From an uncultured Pelagibacteraceae bacterium (GTDB lineage: Bacteria > Pseudomonadota > Alphaproteobacteria > Pelagibacterales > Pelagibacteraceae), in assembly GCA_902556285.1 (NCBI GenBank), contig CACDWD010000001.1:31-64030 (forward strand): a stretch of DNA of 64,000 nucleotides, in the 5' to 3' direction. Shown here piece by piece: positions 38,900 through 49,504 of the stretch. The notes beneath the pieces were generated by a model. It worked only from the letters and a program-made list of their open reading frames with translations. It did no database searches and was not told where the DNA came from. The stretch's first letter is position 1, and the number at the start of each line of letters is the position of its first letter. Both the position numbers and the translations under genes were made by a program.

Positions 38900-41380
38900 T
38901 TAACTCAAATTTAAATTTTTTAATATTTTAAATGGGTTTTCATTTGAGATCTTCTTTGTGGTAATTTTTTTAAATTTCTTAGCAGGACTATATTTAAAAA
39001 ATGTTTCATTTTCTTTCTCAAATACTTTATAATTCATCTTTTGAAGTAATTTCTTGAAATTATCTTTACTACATCCTAAAAGATTTAACATTTCTGAAAT
39101 TAATTTTATTTCAGAATTTTCTTTTGAACTAGAATTTATTATTAATACAAATAATCTTTCCAATATATCAATTCTCACAAAAAAATTATCAAATCTTTCA
39201 AATCCACATAAAAGCATAAAGTTTTTATTTTTTATTTCTTTATCGTCTAAAAAATTCAAACCAAAGGTAGGTGGTTTTAAATTATGAAATTTTTGATAAA
39301 AATTTTTCCATAATAATGTTCGCAAAGATACTGCTTCTGGTTTAATTAATTGATAAAGGAAAACATGATATCTCCCAAACTTTACCCCTAAGTCTCTAAG
39401 AATTTTTCTTTCATTTTGTTCTAAGTTTTTTAGGTATTCAGAAACTTGATCTCTTTTTAATACCCCATTATTTTCATAGAGTTGGTATGCCAGTGCTTTA
39501 ATTGATGAATTATTTTCTTTTATATTTTTTAAATCAATTAAACTTTTAAGCACATTATTTATTTTTGCGTGTATCCATTTGTAAATGTAATCGTTTAATT
39601 TTTGTTTAGTGTTTTGTTCAATAATATCATCAACGATTAAATTAAAATTAGGATTTAGATAGTCACTACCTGCTGTTAATTTGGCAATTGGGAAATCATT
39701 CCAGTAAATTTTAAAATCTTCATTCAAATTTATTAATCCTGTATCAATTATTGATTGAACACGTTTTTCTAATTCTGGACCAATTGTTTGTCTTGCAGCT
39801 TTTTTTAAAGATTTAATATCAGTTTCTAAAGCACCTTTTTTTAGATCTAGTTCTAATTTTAGTCCTTTTATCTTTCCAATAAATTGATCGTCAATTTTAA
39901 TGTCATTGTTTTGTAAAATTTCAGTTTTAAATTCCATATCTTGTTTTAAACCTCTGGCGAGTACACTTGCTCTTTTGTCGATAAAAGTTTTAGTAAGTTC
40001 TTCATGTAATCTATCTGAAAGTCTATCTTCTAAGTGTTTAGTTTTTTCAATCCAATAACTTTGATTTTCTACCCAATTATTTTTATTCGAAACATATGAC
40101 CAAGTTCTGACATTTGCAATTCTATTTGATAAAGAATCTACATTTCCATCTAATTTATCAAGTTTCATTAGCTGTAATCTCATATAATCTTCAGAAATTA
40201 GTCCTTTTTTGCCAGTTAAAAATTTAAATACATTTCCAATAACCTCAAAATGATTTCCATAAGTTTTTTTAACAAAATCAGGTATTTGGCAACATTCCCA
40301 TAAGAGCATTAAAGTTTTCTTATCAAATCCTTTATCTAAAATTTTTTTATCTTTTAAAAAATATTTAAGTGCTTTTTCATCTTCACATTCGTGAATTTTT
40401 CTTAACCATTCCACCTGAGGTTTGTCTTCTAAACTTTTAATTAAACTAATTGGATTGTTAAAATTAAGATTTGAATTTCTCCAAAACAAAGTTCTAATTT
40501 CTTCAAATTTATGATTTTCTAATAATTCTACCTCTTCTGGAGATATTTCTTTACAATCACCAGTAATACCGAAACTACCATCATTAAGGTACCTGCCAGC
40601 TCTACCGGCTATTTGACCTATTTCAGATAGATTTAATCTTCTTAATTTTTTTCCATCAAATTTCTTAACATTTGAAAAATAAACAAAATCTAAATCCATG
40701 TTTATTCCCATCCCAATTGCATCTGTTGCAACTAGGAAATCAACATCTCCAGATTGATATAGCTCAACTTGAGCATTTCTTGTTTTTGGACTTAGTGATC
40801 CCATTACAATAGCGGCACCACCCTTTTGTCTTCTTATTAGCTCAGCAATGGCGTAAACCTCCTCTGCTGAAAACGCAATGATTGCTGTTTTTCTATCTAT
40901 TCTTGATATTTTTTTATGACCAGCGTAGGTAAGTTTAGATAGTCTTTCTCTATTTATAAATTCAATATCTCCATCTAATTTTGAAATAATATTTTTAATG
41001 GTACTTGAGCCCATTAGCATTGTAAGTTTTTCTCCCCTAATATTTAAAAGTCTATCAGTAAAAATATGACCTCTTTCATGATCAGAGCACATTTGAATCT
41101 CGTCTACGCCAACAAACTCAAGATGTTTGTCAATTGGCATAGACTCCACTGTGCATAAAAAATATTTTGCATTAGATGGGATTATTTTTTCTTCTCCAGT
41201 TATAAGTGCAACTTTATCTAAACTTATTTTCTTGATTATTTTGTCATATACTTCTCTTGCAAGTAATCTAAGTGGAAATCCAATCATGCCACTCTCAAAA
41301 GAAAGCATGGTTTCGATAGCAAGATGGGTTTTACCTGTATTTGTAGGACCGAGAACAGCTGTAATTTTATTTTTAGTCAT
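38900..41380 (-). CDS. SUV3/MgpS-like superfamily 2 helicase
   Basis: LGPTNTGKT, PLRLLARE, DEIQ, ATDAIGMG, QIAGRAGR. Confidence 0.9.
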   Translation of the reverse strand: MTKNKITAVLGPTNTGKTHLAIETMLSFESGMIGFPLRLLAREVYDKIIKKISLDKVALITGEEKIIPSNAKYFLCTVESMPIDKHLEFVGVDEIQMCSDHERGHIFTDRLLNIRGEKLTMLMGSSTIKNIISKLDGDIEFINRERLSKLTYAGHKKISRIDRKTAIIAFSAEEVYAIAELIRRQKGGAAIVMGSLSPKTRNAQVELYQSGDVDFLVATDAIGMGINMDLDFVYFSNVKKFDGKKLRRLNLSEIGQIAGRAGRYLNDGSFGITGDCKEISPEEVELLENHKFEEIRTLFWRNSNLNFNNPISLIKSLEDKPQVEWLRKIHECEDEKALKYFLKDKKILDKGFDKKTLMLLWECCQIPDFVKKTYGNHFEVIGNVFKFLTGKKGLISEDYMRLQLMKLDKLDGNVDSLSNRIANVRTWSYVSNKNNWVENQSYWIEKTKHLEDRLSDRLHEELTKTFIDKRASVLARGLKQDMEFKTEILQNNDIKIDDQFIGKIKGLKLELDLKKGALETDIKSLKKAARQTIGPELEKRVQSIIDTGLINLNEDFKIYWNDFPIAKLTAGSDYLNPNFNLIVDDIIEQNTKQKLNDYIYKWIHAKINNVLKSLIDLKNIKENNSSIKALAYQLYENNGVLKRDQVSEYLKNLEQNERKILRDLGVKFGRYHVFLYQLIKPEAVSLRTLLWKNFYQKFHNLKPPTFGLNFLDDKEIKNKNFMLLCGFERFDNFFVRIDILERLFVLIINSSSKENSEIKLISEMLNLLGCSKDNFKKLLQKMNYKVFEKENETFFKYSPAKKFKKITTKKISNENPFKILKNLNLS

Positions 41381-41553
41381 TTCTATCTTTTGTGCTTCTT
41401 TTTTTTTACCTACCAGATATTGTTGCTGCTAAAGAACAAAAATAGACTAAAACATGACCGAATCGGAGGGTAAAAAGTTCTCATTTTCTTTTAAATCTTA
41501 GTGAGATTATCATAAATAAGATTAATTCTATAATAGTAATTTAATTTATTAAA

Positions 41554-43515
41554 ATGAGTAAAAAACTTTGGCAACCCTCTTTAATTGTAAAAAAAAATTC
41601 AAATTTATTTGCTTTTGAAAGTTACATTTCAAAAAAATTAAAAATAAATTTTAATAGAAATTATAAAAAATTATTAAATTGGAGTATTAAAAATTCACCT
41701 GAGTTTTGGAGTAGATTTTGGGATTTTAGCAAAATTAAGGGAATTAAAAGTAATAAAAATTTTAGAAAATCAAAGACTTTTTATAAAAATTTATTTTTAC
41801 CAGGTAGCAGACTAAATTTTGGTGAAAATTTATTATCTAAAAACAACAATGAAAAAGCAGTAACCTTTATTAGTGAAAATGGATTTAGAGAAGAAAAATC
41901 ATGGAGACAATTAAATTTAAATACTAATAAAATTTCAAAGTTTCTAAAAAAAATAAATATTAAAAAAGGAGATAGAGTAGCAGCCTATATGCCAAATACT
42001 ATTGAAACAGTTGAAGCATTCATTGCTATAACTTCCCTGGGGGGTATTTGGTCTTCTTGTAGTCCTGATTTTGGTTCTAAAGGTGTTATAGAAAGATTTT
42101 CTCAAATTAATCCAAAAGTTTTATTTATCACTGATCAGTATTTTTATAATGGAAAAAAAATAGATATTTTAAAAAGACTTCCAGAAATTTTAAAATTAAT
42201 CCCATCAATTAAAAATGTTGTAATTAGTAATTACCCTGGAAAAAAATATATTAAAAATAAATTTAAATTTAAAAAAATAAAATTTTTTAAATGGAATAAA
42301 TTAATGCAAATTAATGCTGAAAAAATTAATTTTAAAAGATTTGATTTTGAAACAGAGTTAGCAATATTATATTCAAGCGGAACTACTGGAAAACCCAAAT
42401 GTATTTGTCATAGATCTGGTGGTGTTTTAATACAGCATATGAAAGAACATCAATTACATTGTAATATTAAAGAAAATGATAACGTTTTTTATTTTACTAC
42501 TTGTGGATGGATGATGTGGAATTGGTTAGTTAGTGCATTAGCTTCTAAGGCATCTATTGTTCTGTTTGATGGATCTCCAATGTTTAAATCTGCTGATTTG
42601 CTTTTAAAAATAGCACAAAGAGAAAAAATAACTTTATTTGGAATAAGTGCTAAGTATGTAGATGCTTTAAGAAAGTTTAAACCAAAATTAAAATATAAAT
42701 TTAAACTAAATAAACTAAGAACAATTTGCTCAACTGGGTCACCTCTTTCAGAAGAAAGTTTCAAATATGTTTATAAGCACATTAAAAAAAATGTACACTT
42801 GTCATCAATTTCTGGTGGTACTGACATTGTTTCATGCTTCGTGTTAGGCAATTTATATCAGCCAGTAAATATAGGAGAAATACAAAACAATGGTTTGGCT
42901 TTAGATGTAGATGTCTTAAGTAATAAAGGGAAGTCTTTAAAAAATAGTAAAGGAGAACTTGTCTGTAAAAATCCTTTTCCATCAATGCCTTTAAAGTTTT
43001 GGAATGATAAAAATGATATTAAATTTAAGAGTGCTTATTTTAATAAATTTAAAAATATATGGCACCATGGAGATTACGCAGAGATAAAAAATAGTGGTGG
43101 GTATATAATTCATGGAAGATCAGATACCACCTTAAATCCAGGAGGTGTAAGGCTTGGAACAGCAGAGATATATTCAGAAGTTGAAAAGTTTAAACAAATA
43201 AAAGAATCTATAGTTGTAGGACAATCATGGGATAATGATGTTAGAATAGTTTTATTTATTGTAATGAGCAAAAATAATTCATTAACTGAAGAATTAATTA
43301 AAAAAATAAAATTGCAAATAAAAAAAAATGTATCTCCTAGACATGTTCCGAGTAAAATTATTGTTGTAAAAGATATTCCTCGAACAAAAAGTGGCAAAAT
43401 AGTTGAACTAGCAGTTAAAAGTAAGATAGAAGGAAGTCAAATTAAAAACATTGAAGCTTTAGCAAATCCCGAAGCCCTTGAGCAATATAGTAATATAAAA
43501 GAATTAAATATATAA
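41554..43515 (+). CDS. Acetoacetate-CoA ligase
   Basis: WSSCSPDFG, YSSGTTGKPKCI, TTCGWMMWNW, STGSPL, SGGTD, GRSDTTLNPGGVRLGTAEIY. Confidence 0.92.
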   Translation: MSKKLWQPSLIVKKNSNLFAFESYISKKLKINFNRNYKKLLNWSIKNSPEFWSRFWDFSKIKGIKSNKNFRKSKTFYKNLFLPGSRLNFGENLLSKNNNEKAVTFISENGFREEKSWRQLNLNTNKISKFLKKINIKKGDRVAAYMPNTIETVEAFIAITSLGGIWSSCSPDFGSKGVIERFSQINPKVLFITDQYFYNGKKIDILKRLPEILKLIPSIKNVVISNYPGKKYIKNKFKFKKIKFFKWNKLMQINAEKINFKRFDFETELAILYSSGTTGKPKCICHRSGGVLIQHMKEHQLHCNIKENDNVFYFTTCGWMMWNWLVSALASKASIVLFDGSPMFKSADLLLKIAQREKITLFGISAKYVDALRKFKPKLKYKFKLNKLRTICSTGSPLSEESFKYVYKHIKKNVHLSSISGGTDIVSCFVLGNLYQPVNIGEIQNNGLALDVDVLSNKGKSLKNSKGELVCKNPFPSMPLKFWNDKNDIKFKSAYFNKFKNIWHHGDYAEIKNSGGYIIHGRSDTTLNPGGVRLGTAEIYSEVEKFKQIKESIVVGQSWDNDVRIVLFIVMSKNNSLTEELIKKIKLQIKKNVSPRHVPSKIIVVKDIPRTKSGKIVELAVKSKIEGSQIKNIEALANPEALEQYSNIKELNI

Positions 43516-43525
43516 ATTTAAAAAA

Positions 43526-43951
43526 TTAACCACCAGGTCCTAAATTTGATGGTTTTATTTTTATAATTTTCCATACTCCAGATGCAGAAGTTATTATCTT
43601 ATCATTACACTTTAGTTCGCAAAATAAAAATACAAGAGTATTTGTTTTTTTTAAAATTTTTGTGTATCCGATAATTTCATCTCCAACTTTCGAAGCACCT
43701 ATAAATTTTATATCTAAAGAAATAGTTACACATGGTGCATTATCTGCAGCTCGATATACAGCTGTTCCCGCTCCAGCATCTATTAAAGCAGATAAATACC
43801 CTCCGTGAGTTATTCCTGCAGCATTTAAATGATTTTCACTAATTATAGATTTAAATTCGTATTCATTTTTGGAAATAGCTCTAAATAAAACACCTCCATT
43901 GTGTTTCATAAATCCAGGTTTAATACTTATTTGTTCAAATTCATTGCTCAT
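43526..43951 (-). CDS. PaaI family thioesterase
   Basis: HLNAAGITHGG..S..ID hotdog-fold motif. Confidence 0.88.
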   Translation of the reverse strand: MSNEFEQISIKPGFMKHNGGVLFRAISKNEYEFKSIISENHLNAAGITHGGYLSALIDAGAGTAVYRAADNAPCVTISLDIKFIGASKVGDEIIGYTKILKKTNTLVFLFCELKCNDKIITSASGVWKIIKIKPSNLGPGG

Positions 43952-44069
43952 AATTTTTTATAATACAAAAGTTAAAATTAATAAAATAATTAAAATAATT
44001 ATAAAAAAATATATTACGGATTTTTGTAAAGATGTTTTTAAAAGCCAATTAAACATTTTATTTTCCTTT

Positions 44070-44146
44070 TGGTGGACCGCCCAGAACTCGAATCTGGAAT
44101 CTCCCGGTTCGTAGCCGAGCGCCTTATCCAATTTGGCCAGCGGTCC
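44070..44146 (-). tRNA. tRNA-Arg(ACG)
   Basis: Reverse complement GGACCGC...CTCGG-CTACGAA-CCGGG...TTCGAG...GCGGTCC-ACCA. Confidence 0.96.
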
Positions 44147-44302
44147 TTAATTCAATTTTTAAATATATTAAAGTTACTGTATTTTTTGATGTTTTAACAA
44201 ATTTTGTCCAATTTAAATACAGCTTTACACAAAAAGATTAATTTCTGTGGTAAAATAACATTAAACATACTTTTAATAAGGTATATAAACCCTTTTAAAA
44301 TA

Positions 44303-47300
44303 ATGAGCAAAAAATTACTTGTTCCTGATATTGGTGAATTTGAAAATGTTGAGGTTATAGAGATACTTGTAAAACCTGGTGATCAAATTAAAGAAAATGA
44401 TCCAATAGTTACAATTGAAAGTGATAAATCTAGCGTTGAAATCCCTTCTACAATTTCTGGAAAAATAGATAGTTTAGCAGTTAAAGTTGGTGATAAAGTT
44501 TCTAAAGGTGATTTATTGCTTAATCTTACTTCATCATCAAAAACATCACTAGAAAGCACTCTTCCAAAAGATACAGAAAATATAATTAAACAAGCCGAAG
44601 AAGCAATGGCTGAAAAAAAAGAGGAAAAAAAAATTGTATCTGAACCTATAATTGAGGAAAAGCAATCTACTATTCAAGTAGTCAATGAGACTGATATTGA
44701 TCCACTTGAAACTCAAGATTGGTTGGAGTCTTTATCTGCAGTTATTTCGAAAGATGGAAACCACAGAGCTCATTTTTTAATTAAAGAATTAATAAATAAA
44801 GCTTATCGTGAAGGAGCGAACATTCCTTATACTCAAAATACACCATACATTAATTCAATACCCCCTGAGGCTGAAGTAAAGTCTAATGGTGATCAAAATA
44901 TTGAAAGAAGAATTAGATCGTTAATTAGATGGAATGCAGCAGCAATGGTAGTTCGAGCAAATAAAAAACATCCTGAGCTTGGTGGACACATCGGTACATT
45001 TGCATCTGCTGCAACATTATACGATGTTGGTATGAACCATTTTTGGAGAGCAAAAAATAATAAATTTGGTGGAGATTTAATTTATTTTCAAGGGCATAGC
45101 GCTCCAGGAATGTATGCAAGAGCATTCTTAGAAGGTAGATTAAATGAGAAACAATTAGATTGTTTTAGACAAGAAGTAAAGCCTGGAGGTCTATCGTCAT
45201 ACCCACACCCATGGTTAATGCCAAAATTTTGGCAGTTCCCCACAGTATCTATGGGTTTAGGTCCCATGCTTGCTATATATCAAGCTAGGTATATGAAATA
45301 TTTAATCAATAGGGGTTTGATTAAAGATGATGGAAGAAAAGTGTGGGCCTTTTTAGGTGATGGAGAAATGGACGAGCCAGAGTCGATGGGAGCAATTGGG
45401 CTGGCTGCAAGAGAGAATTTAGATAATTTAATTTTTGTAGTTAATTGCAATCTTCAAAGATTGGACGGTCCAGTTAGAGGTAATGGAAAAATTATTCAAG
45501 AACTTGAAGGAAGTTTTAGAGGAGCTGGTTGGAATGTAATAAAAGTTATTTGGGGATCATATTGGGACTCATTGATAGCTAACGATAAAACTGGTCATTT
45601 AGTAAAAATTATGAATGAGACAGTAGATGGCGAGTATCAAGCAATGAAGGCAAGAGACGGTGCTTATGTAAGAGAAAAGTTTTTTGGAAAATCTCCTGAA
45701 ACATTAGAATTAGTTTCAAGCATGTCAGATAAAGATATTTGGAGATTAAATAGGGGTGGACACGATCCTCATAAAGTTTTTGCTGCATATGATAAAGCAA
45801 CTAAAAATCAAGGAAGTCCAACAGTAATTATCGCTAAAACTATCAAAGGTTATGGAATGGGAAAATCCGGTGAAAGTGTGAATACTACTCACCAAACTAA
45901 AAAATTAGATGTTGATGATCTGATGTATTACAGAGATCGATTTGATGTTCCTTTAACAGATGAACAGGTGAGAAATATTGAATATTTTAAGCCCGATGAA
46001 AAATCACCTGAAATAAAATACATTAAAGAAAGAAGAATTAAATTAGGTGGATTTTTACCTGAACGATCTACTTTTGCAAAACCAATAAAAGCACCATCCA
46101 AAGATATTTTTGATTTTATGAAAGCATCGACTGGTGAAAAAGAAATGTCTACTACAATGGCACTTGTGAGAATGCTAACTAATTTATTAAGAGATAAAAA
46201 TATATCTCCAAGATTAGTTCCAATTATTCCTGATGAAGCCAGAACTTTTGGTATGGAAGGTTTTTTTCAAAAAATTGGAATTTATGCACATGAGGGGCAA
46301 AAATATGAACCTGAGGATGCTGCTCAATTAAGTTCTTATAGAGAAGATAAAAGTGGTCAAGTTTTAGAAGAAGGTATCAATGAGGCGGGTGCTATGTCTT
46401 CATGGATTGCTGCTGCCACTGCATATACCAATCATGATATCGAAATGATCCCAATTTATATTTTTTATTCAATGTTTGGTTTCCAAAGGATAGGAGATTT
46501 AGCTTGGGCGGCTGGGGATAGTCAGGCTAGAGGATTTTTGGTGGGCGCTACAGCTGGAAGAACAACATTAGCTGGAGAAGGATTGCAACACCAGGACGGA
46601 CATAGTCACTTAATTGCATCAACCATTCCAAATTGTGTAACTTATGATCCTACATTTCATTATGAATTAGCAGTAATTTTTCGAGAAGGTCTAAGAAGAA
46701 TGCATGAAAAAAATGAGAATGTTTTTTATTATATTACAACAATGAATGAAAATTACTCACATCCAGAAATGCCAAAAGATAAAAATTGTGAGGAAGGCAT
46801 TTTAAAGGGCATGTATAAAATAAAAGAATTTAACAAATACCAAAAAACTAAAATCCAACTTTTAGGATCAGGAACAATCTTAAGGGAAATGATGTCTGCT
46901 GCAGAGATTTTACAAAATGATTATCAAATTGATAGCGAGATATGGAGTGTAACTAGTTTTAATGAATTGAGAAAAGATGGAATGGAAGTAGAAAGATATA
47001 ATCTTTTGAACCCAGATAAAGAACCTAAAAAATCTTATTTTGAGCAATGCATGGGTCAAACAGAAGGCCCAATCATGGCTGCATCTGATTATATGAGAAT
47101 GAATTCTGATCAAATCAGACCTTATACTAATAAAAAATTTTATTCATTAGGAGCGGATGGTTTTGGAAGAAGTGATACAAGAAAAAATTTAAGAAAATTT
47201 TTTGAGGTAGATAAAGAACATTTGGTTGCTTACGGTTTAAGTATTTTGGCAAAAGAACAGCTTATAACTTCTAAACATGCAAAAGATGCAATGAAGAAGT

Positions 47301-47341
47301 ATAATATTGATAGTAATAAACCAATGCCAACAAAATTATAA
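44303..47341 (+). CDS. aceE: Pyruvate dehydrogenase E1 (homodimeric AceE type) with N-terminal lipoyl domain
   Basis: DIDPLETQDW, GDGEMDEPES, NCNLQRLDGPV, GEGLQHQDGHS; N-terminal VPDIG...TIESDKSSVEIPS; start at ATG 44303. Confidence 0.95.
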   Translation: MSKKLLVPDIGEFENVEVIEILVKPGDQIKENDPIVTIESDKSSVEIPSTISGKIDSLAVKVGDKVSKGDLLLNLTSSSKTSLESTLPKDTENIIKQAEEAMAEKKEEKKIVSEPIIEEKQSTIQVVNETDIDPLETQDWLESLSAVISKDGNHRAHFLIKELINKAYREGANIPYTQNTPYINSIPPEAEVKSNGDQNIERRIRSLIRWNAAAMVVRANKKHPELGGHIGTFASAATLYDVGMNHFWRAKNNKFGGDLIYFQGHSAPGMYARAFLEGRLNEKQLDCFRQEVKPGGLSSYPHPWLMPKFWQFPTVSMGLGPMLAIYQARYMKYLINRGLIKDDGRKVWAFLGDGEMDEPESMGAIGLAARENLDNLIFVVNCNLQRLDGPVRGNGKIIQELEGSFRGAGWNVIKVIWGSYWDSLIANDKTGHLVKIMNETVDGEYQAMKARDGAYVREKFFGKSPETLELVSSMSDKDIWRLNRGGHDPHKVFAAYDKATKNQGSPTVIIAKTIKGYGMGKSGESVNTTHQTKKLDVDDLMYYRDRFDVPLTDEQVRNIEYFKPDEKSPEIKYIKERRIKLGGFLPERSTFAKPIKAPSKDIFDFMKASTGEKEMSTTMALVRMLTNLLRDKNISPRLVPIIPDEARTFGMEGFFQKIGIYAHEGQKYEPEDAAQLSSYREDKSGQVLEEGINEAGAMSSWIAAATAYTNHDIEMIPIYIFYSMFGFQRIGDLAWAAGDSQARGFLVGATAGRTTLAGEGLQHQDGHSHLIASTIPNCVTYDPTFHYELAVIFREGLRRMHEKNENVFYYITTMNENYSHPEMPKDKNCEEGILKGMYKIKEFNKYQKTKIQLLGSGTILREMMSAAEILQNDYQIDSEIWSVTSFNELRKDGMEVERYNLLNPDKEPKKSYFEQCMGQTEGPIMAASDYMRMNSDQIRPYTNKKFYSLGADGFGRSDTRKNLRKFFEVDKEHLVAYGLSILAKEQLITSKHAKDAMKKYNIDSNKPMPTKL

Positions 47342-48604
47342 ATGTCAGAAACTGAGATTAAAGTACCTAATATTGGAGATTTTAAAGATGTTGAGGTCAT
47401 TGAGGTATTAGTTTCTGAAGGTCAATCAATTAAAAAAAATGATGCTCTAATAACAATTGAAAGTGATAAATCTAGCGTAGAAATACCATCAAATTTAGAG
47501 GGTAAGATTAAAAATTTAAAAATAAAAGTAGGAGACAAGGTTTCTGAGGGTGACTTAATTTTAACTATAGAGAGTTCTTCTGAGGTAAAAAATGAAGAGG
47601 TTAAAGAAAAACCAGAAATTGAAAAAGAGTTTAAAAAAATTGAGGTAATAAAACCTGAAATCCAAGAAAAAACTTTTTCTAAAAATAATATTTCAAATAT
47701 TTCATCTGCAAGTCCAAAAGCTAGAAAATTTGCTAGAGAACTTGGTGTAGATATTAATCAAGTAGCGGGAAGTCAGAAAGATGGCAGAGTTGTTGAAGAT
47801 GATATTAAAAAATTTATTTCATCTAATTCAAAAAACAACGTTGTAGTAAAAGAGAGCAAACCAGATAAAATTAAAAACGAATTTGAACATTCTGATTTTG
47901 GTGAAATAGAAATTAAAGACATACCAAGAGTAAAAAAATTATCATCAAAATATCTTACAAATTCATGGATAACAATTCCTCATGTTACAAATCATGATGA
48001 AGCCGACATTACGGAGATGGAAAGTTTTAGAAGTTCATTAACAGATATGTATACTGGCGAAAAAATTAAAATTACACCTCTGGCATTTATAATAAAGGCT
48101 TTAGTTGCATCTCTCAAGAAATTTCCTAGTTTTAATTCTTCTATCGATGAAATTGAGACTGGAAAAATGACTTTAAAAAAATATTATCATATTGGGATAG
48201 CAGTTGACACGCCAAATGGATTAATGGTTCCAAAAATAAGAAATGCAAATAACAAAAAAATTTCTCTGATAAGCAAAGAATTAAAAGAGGTAAGCGAACT
48301 TTGTAGAAATTTAAAAATTGATAAAAAAGAATTGTTTGGTGGCTCGATGACGATTACGAGTTTAGGTGGTATAGGAGGTTCATTTTTTACTCCTATAATT
48401 AATTATCCTGAAGTTGCTATATTAGGAGTAGGTAGATCTGAAAAAAAACAAATTTTTATGAATGGCAAGTTTCAAACCAGGACTATGCTACCAATTTCTT
48501 TATCTTATGATCACAGAATTATTGATGGCGCAGAAGCAGCTAGGTTTAATAATGATCTAAAAGAAAACTTAGGCAAAAATTTTGCTTATAAACTAGCTGT
48601 CTAA
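47342..48604 (+). CDS. aceF: Pyruvate dehydrogenase E2 dihydrolipoamide acetyltransferase
   Basis: One lipoyl domain (ESDKS), ASPKARKFARELGV subunit-binding domain, SYDHRIIDGA. Confidence 0.95.
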   Translation: MSETEIKVPNIGDFKDVEVIEVLVSEGQSIKKNDALITIESDKSSVEIPSNLEGKIKNLKIKVGDKVSEGDLILTIESSSEVKNEEVKEKPEIEKEFKKIEVIKPEIQEKTFSKNNISNISSASPKARKFARELGVDINQVAGSQKDGRVVEDDIKKFISSNSKNNVVVKESKPDKIKNEFEHSDFGEIEIKDIPRVKKLSSKYLTNSWITIPHVTNHDEADITEMESFRSSLTDMYTGEKIKITPLAFIIKALVASLKKFPSFNSSIDEIETGKMTLKKYYHIGIAVDTPNGLMVPKIRNANNKKISLISKELKEVSELCRNLKIDKKELFGGSMTITSLGGIGGSFFTPIINYPEVAILGVGRSEKKQIFMNGKFQTRTMLPISLSYDHRIIDGAEAARFNNDLKENLGKNFAYKLAV

Positions 48605-48610
48605 TTAAAA

Positions 48611-49504
48611 ATGAGTAAATCCATATCATTATTTAGTGCCTTATTGTGCACTTTCATTTGGGGAACAACTTTTATTGCCCAAGACACAGGCATGGATAAT
48701 ATTGGCCCTTTTACATTTAATGCTGTGAGGTTTTTTGTTGGTTTTTTAGCCATAACTCCACTTATGATTTTATTTGAATTAAAAAATTTTAAATCAGAAT
48801 TTAAAATAGATAAAAAAACTTTCATAATTTATTCATTATTAATTGGAATTTCTTTATTTTTAGGCTCTGCACTTCAACAAGTTGCTTTGCTTTATACAGA
48901 TGTTGCAAATGCTGCCTTTTTTACAATTTTTTATGTGCCAATGGTACCGATTATAATTTTTTTGTTTGGTAAAAAATCAATGCATTGGAGTGTATGGCCT
49001 TCTGTAGTTCTATGTTTAATTGGAGGATATTTATTAACAAATTTTCATGATGCAACAGTAAGATTAGGAGATACTTTAGTTGTTCTAGGAGCTTTATTTT
49101 GGAGCACTCATATTATTTTTACTGGGATCATTATAACTAAATACAATCTTCCACTTACCTTAGGAGCTGTGCAGACTTTAATTGTTGCTTTTTTTTCATT
49201 TATAATTGGAATTATTTACGAAGAATTTATTTTAAGTAATATTTTAATGGAAATTTATTCAATTTTATATGCAGGTATATTATCTGGTGGATTTGCATTT
49301 GTATTACAAATTTATGCCCAGCGTAATATTACTCCAGCACCTGCAGCTATAATTTTTTCTCTTGAGGGTGTATTTGCGACTATAGCTGCTTGGTTTATCT
49401 TAAATCAAATTCTAGATGTTAATAATTTACTTGGATGCTTTTTTATTCTATGTGGAGTTCTCTTGTCTCAATTACTCCCTTTGATTAAAAAGAAATATAC
49501 TTAA
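48611..49504 (+). CDS. DMT/EamA family transporter
   Basis: About 10 TM helices; IWGTTF, RF, AAIIFSLEGVFA. Confidence 0.88.
   Translation: MSKSISLFSALLCTFIWGTTFIAQDTGMDNIGPFTFNAVRFFVGFLAITPLMILFELKNFKSEFKIDKKTFIIYSLLIGISLFLGSALQQVALLYTDVANAAFFTIFYVPMVPIIIFLFGKKSMHWSVWPSVVLCLIGGYLLTNFHDATVRLGDTLVVLGALFWSTHIIFTGIIITKYNLPLTLGAVQTLIVAFFSFIIGIIYEEFILSNILMEIYSILYAGILSGGFAFVLQIYAQRNITPAPAAIIFSLEGVFATIAAWFILNQILDVNNLLGCFFILCGVLLSQLLPLIKKKYT

Noticed and set aside
41434-41466. GAAC-N7-GACT (LexA-box-like) and CCGAATCGG GANTC palindrome upstream of the helicase
   Set aside because: The second half-site deviates from GAAC-N7-GAAC, no lexA is visible, and single short motifs arise easily by chance
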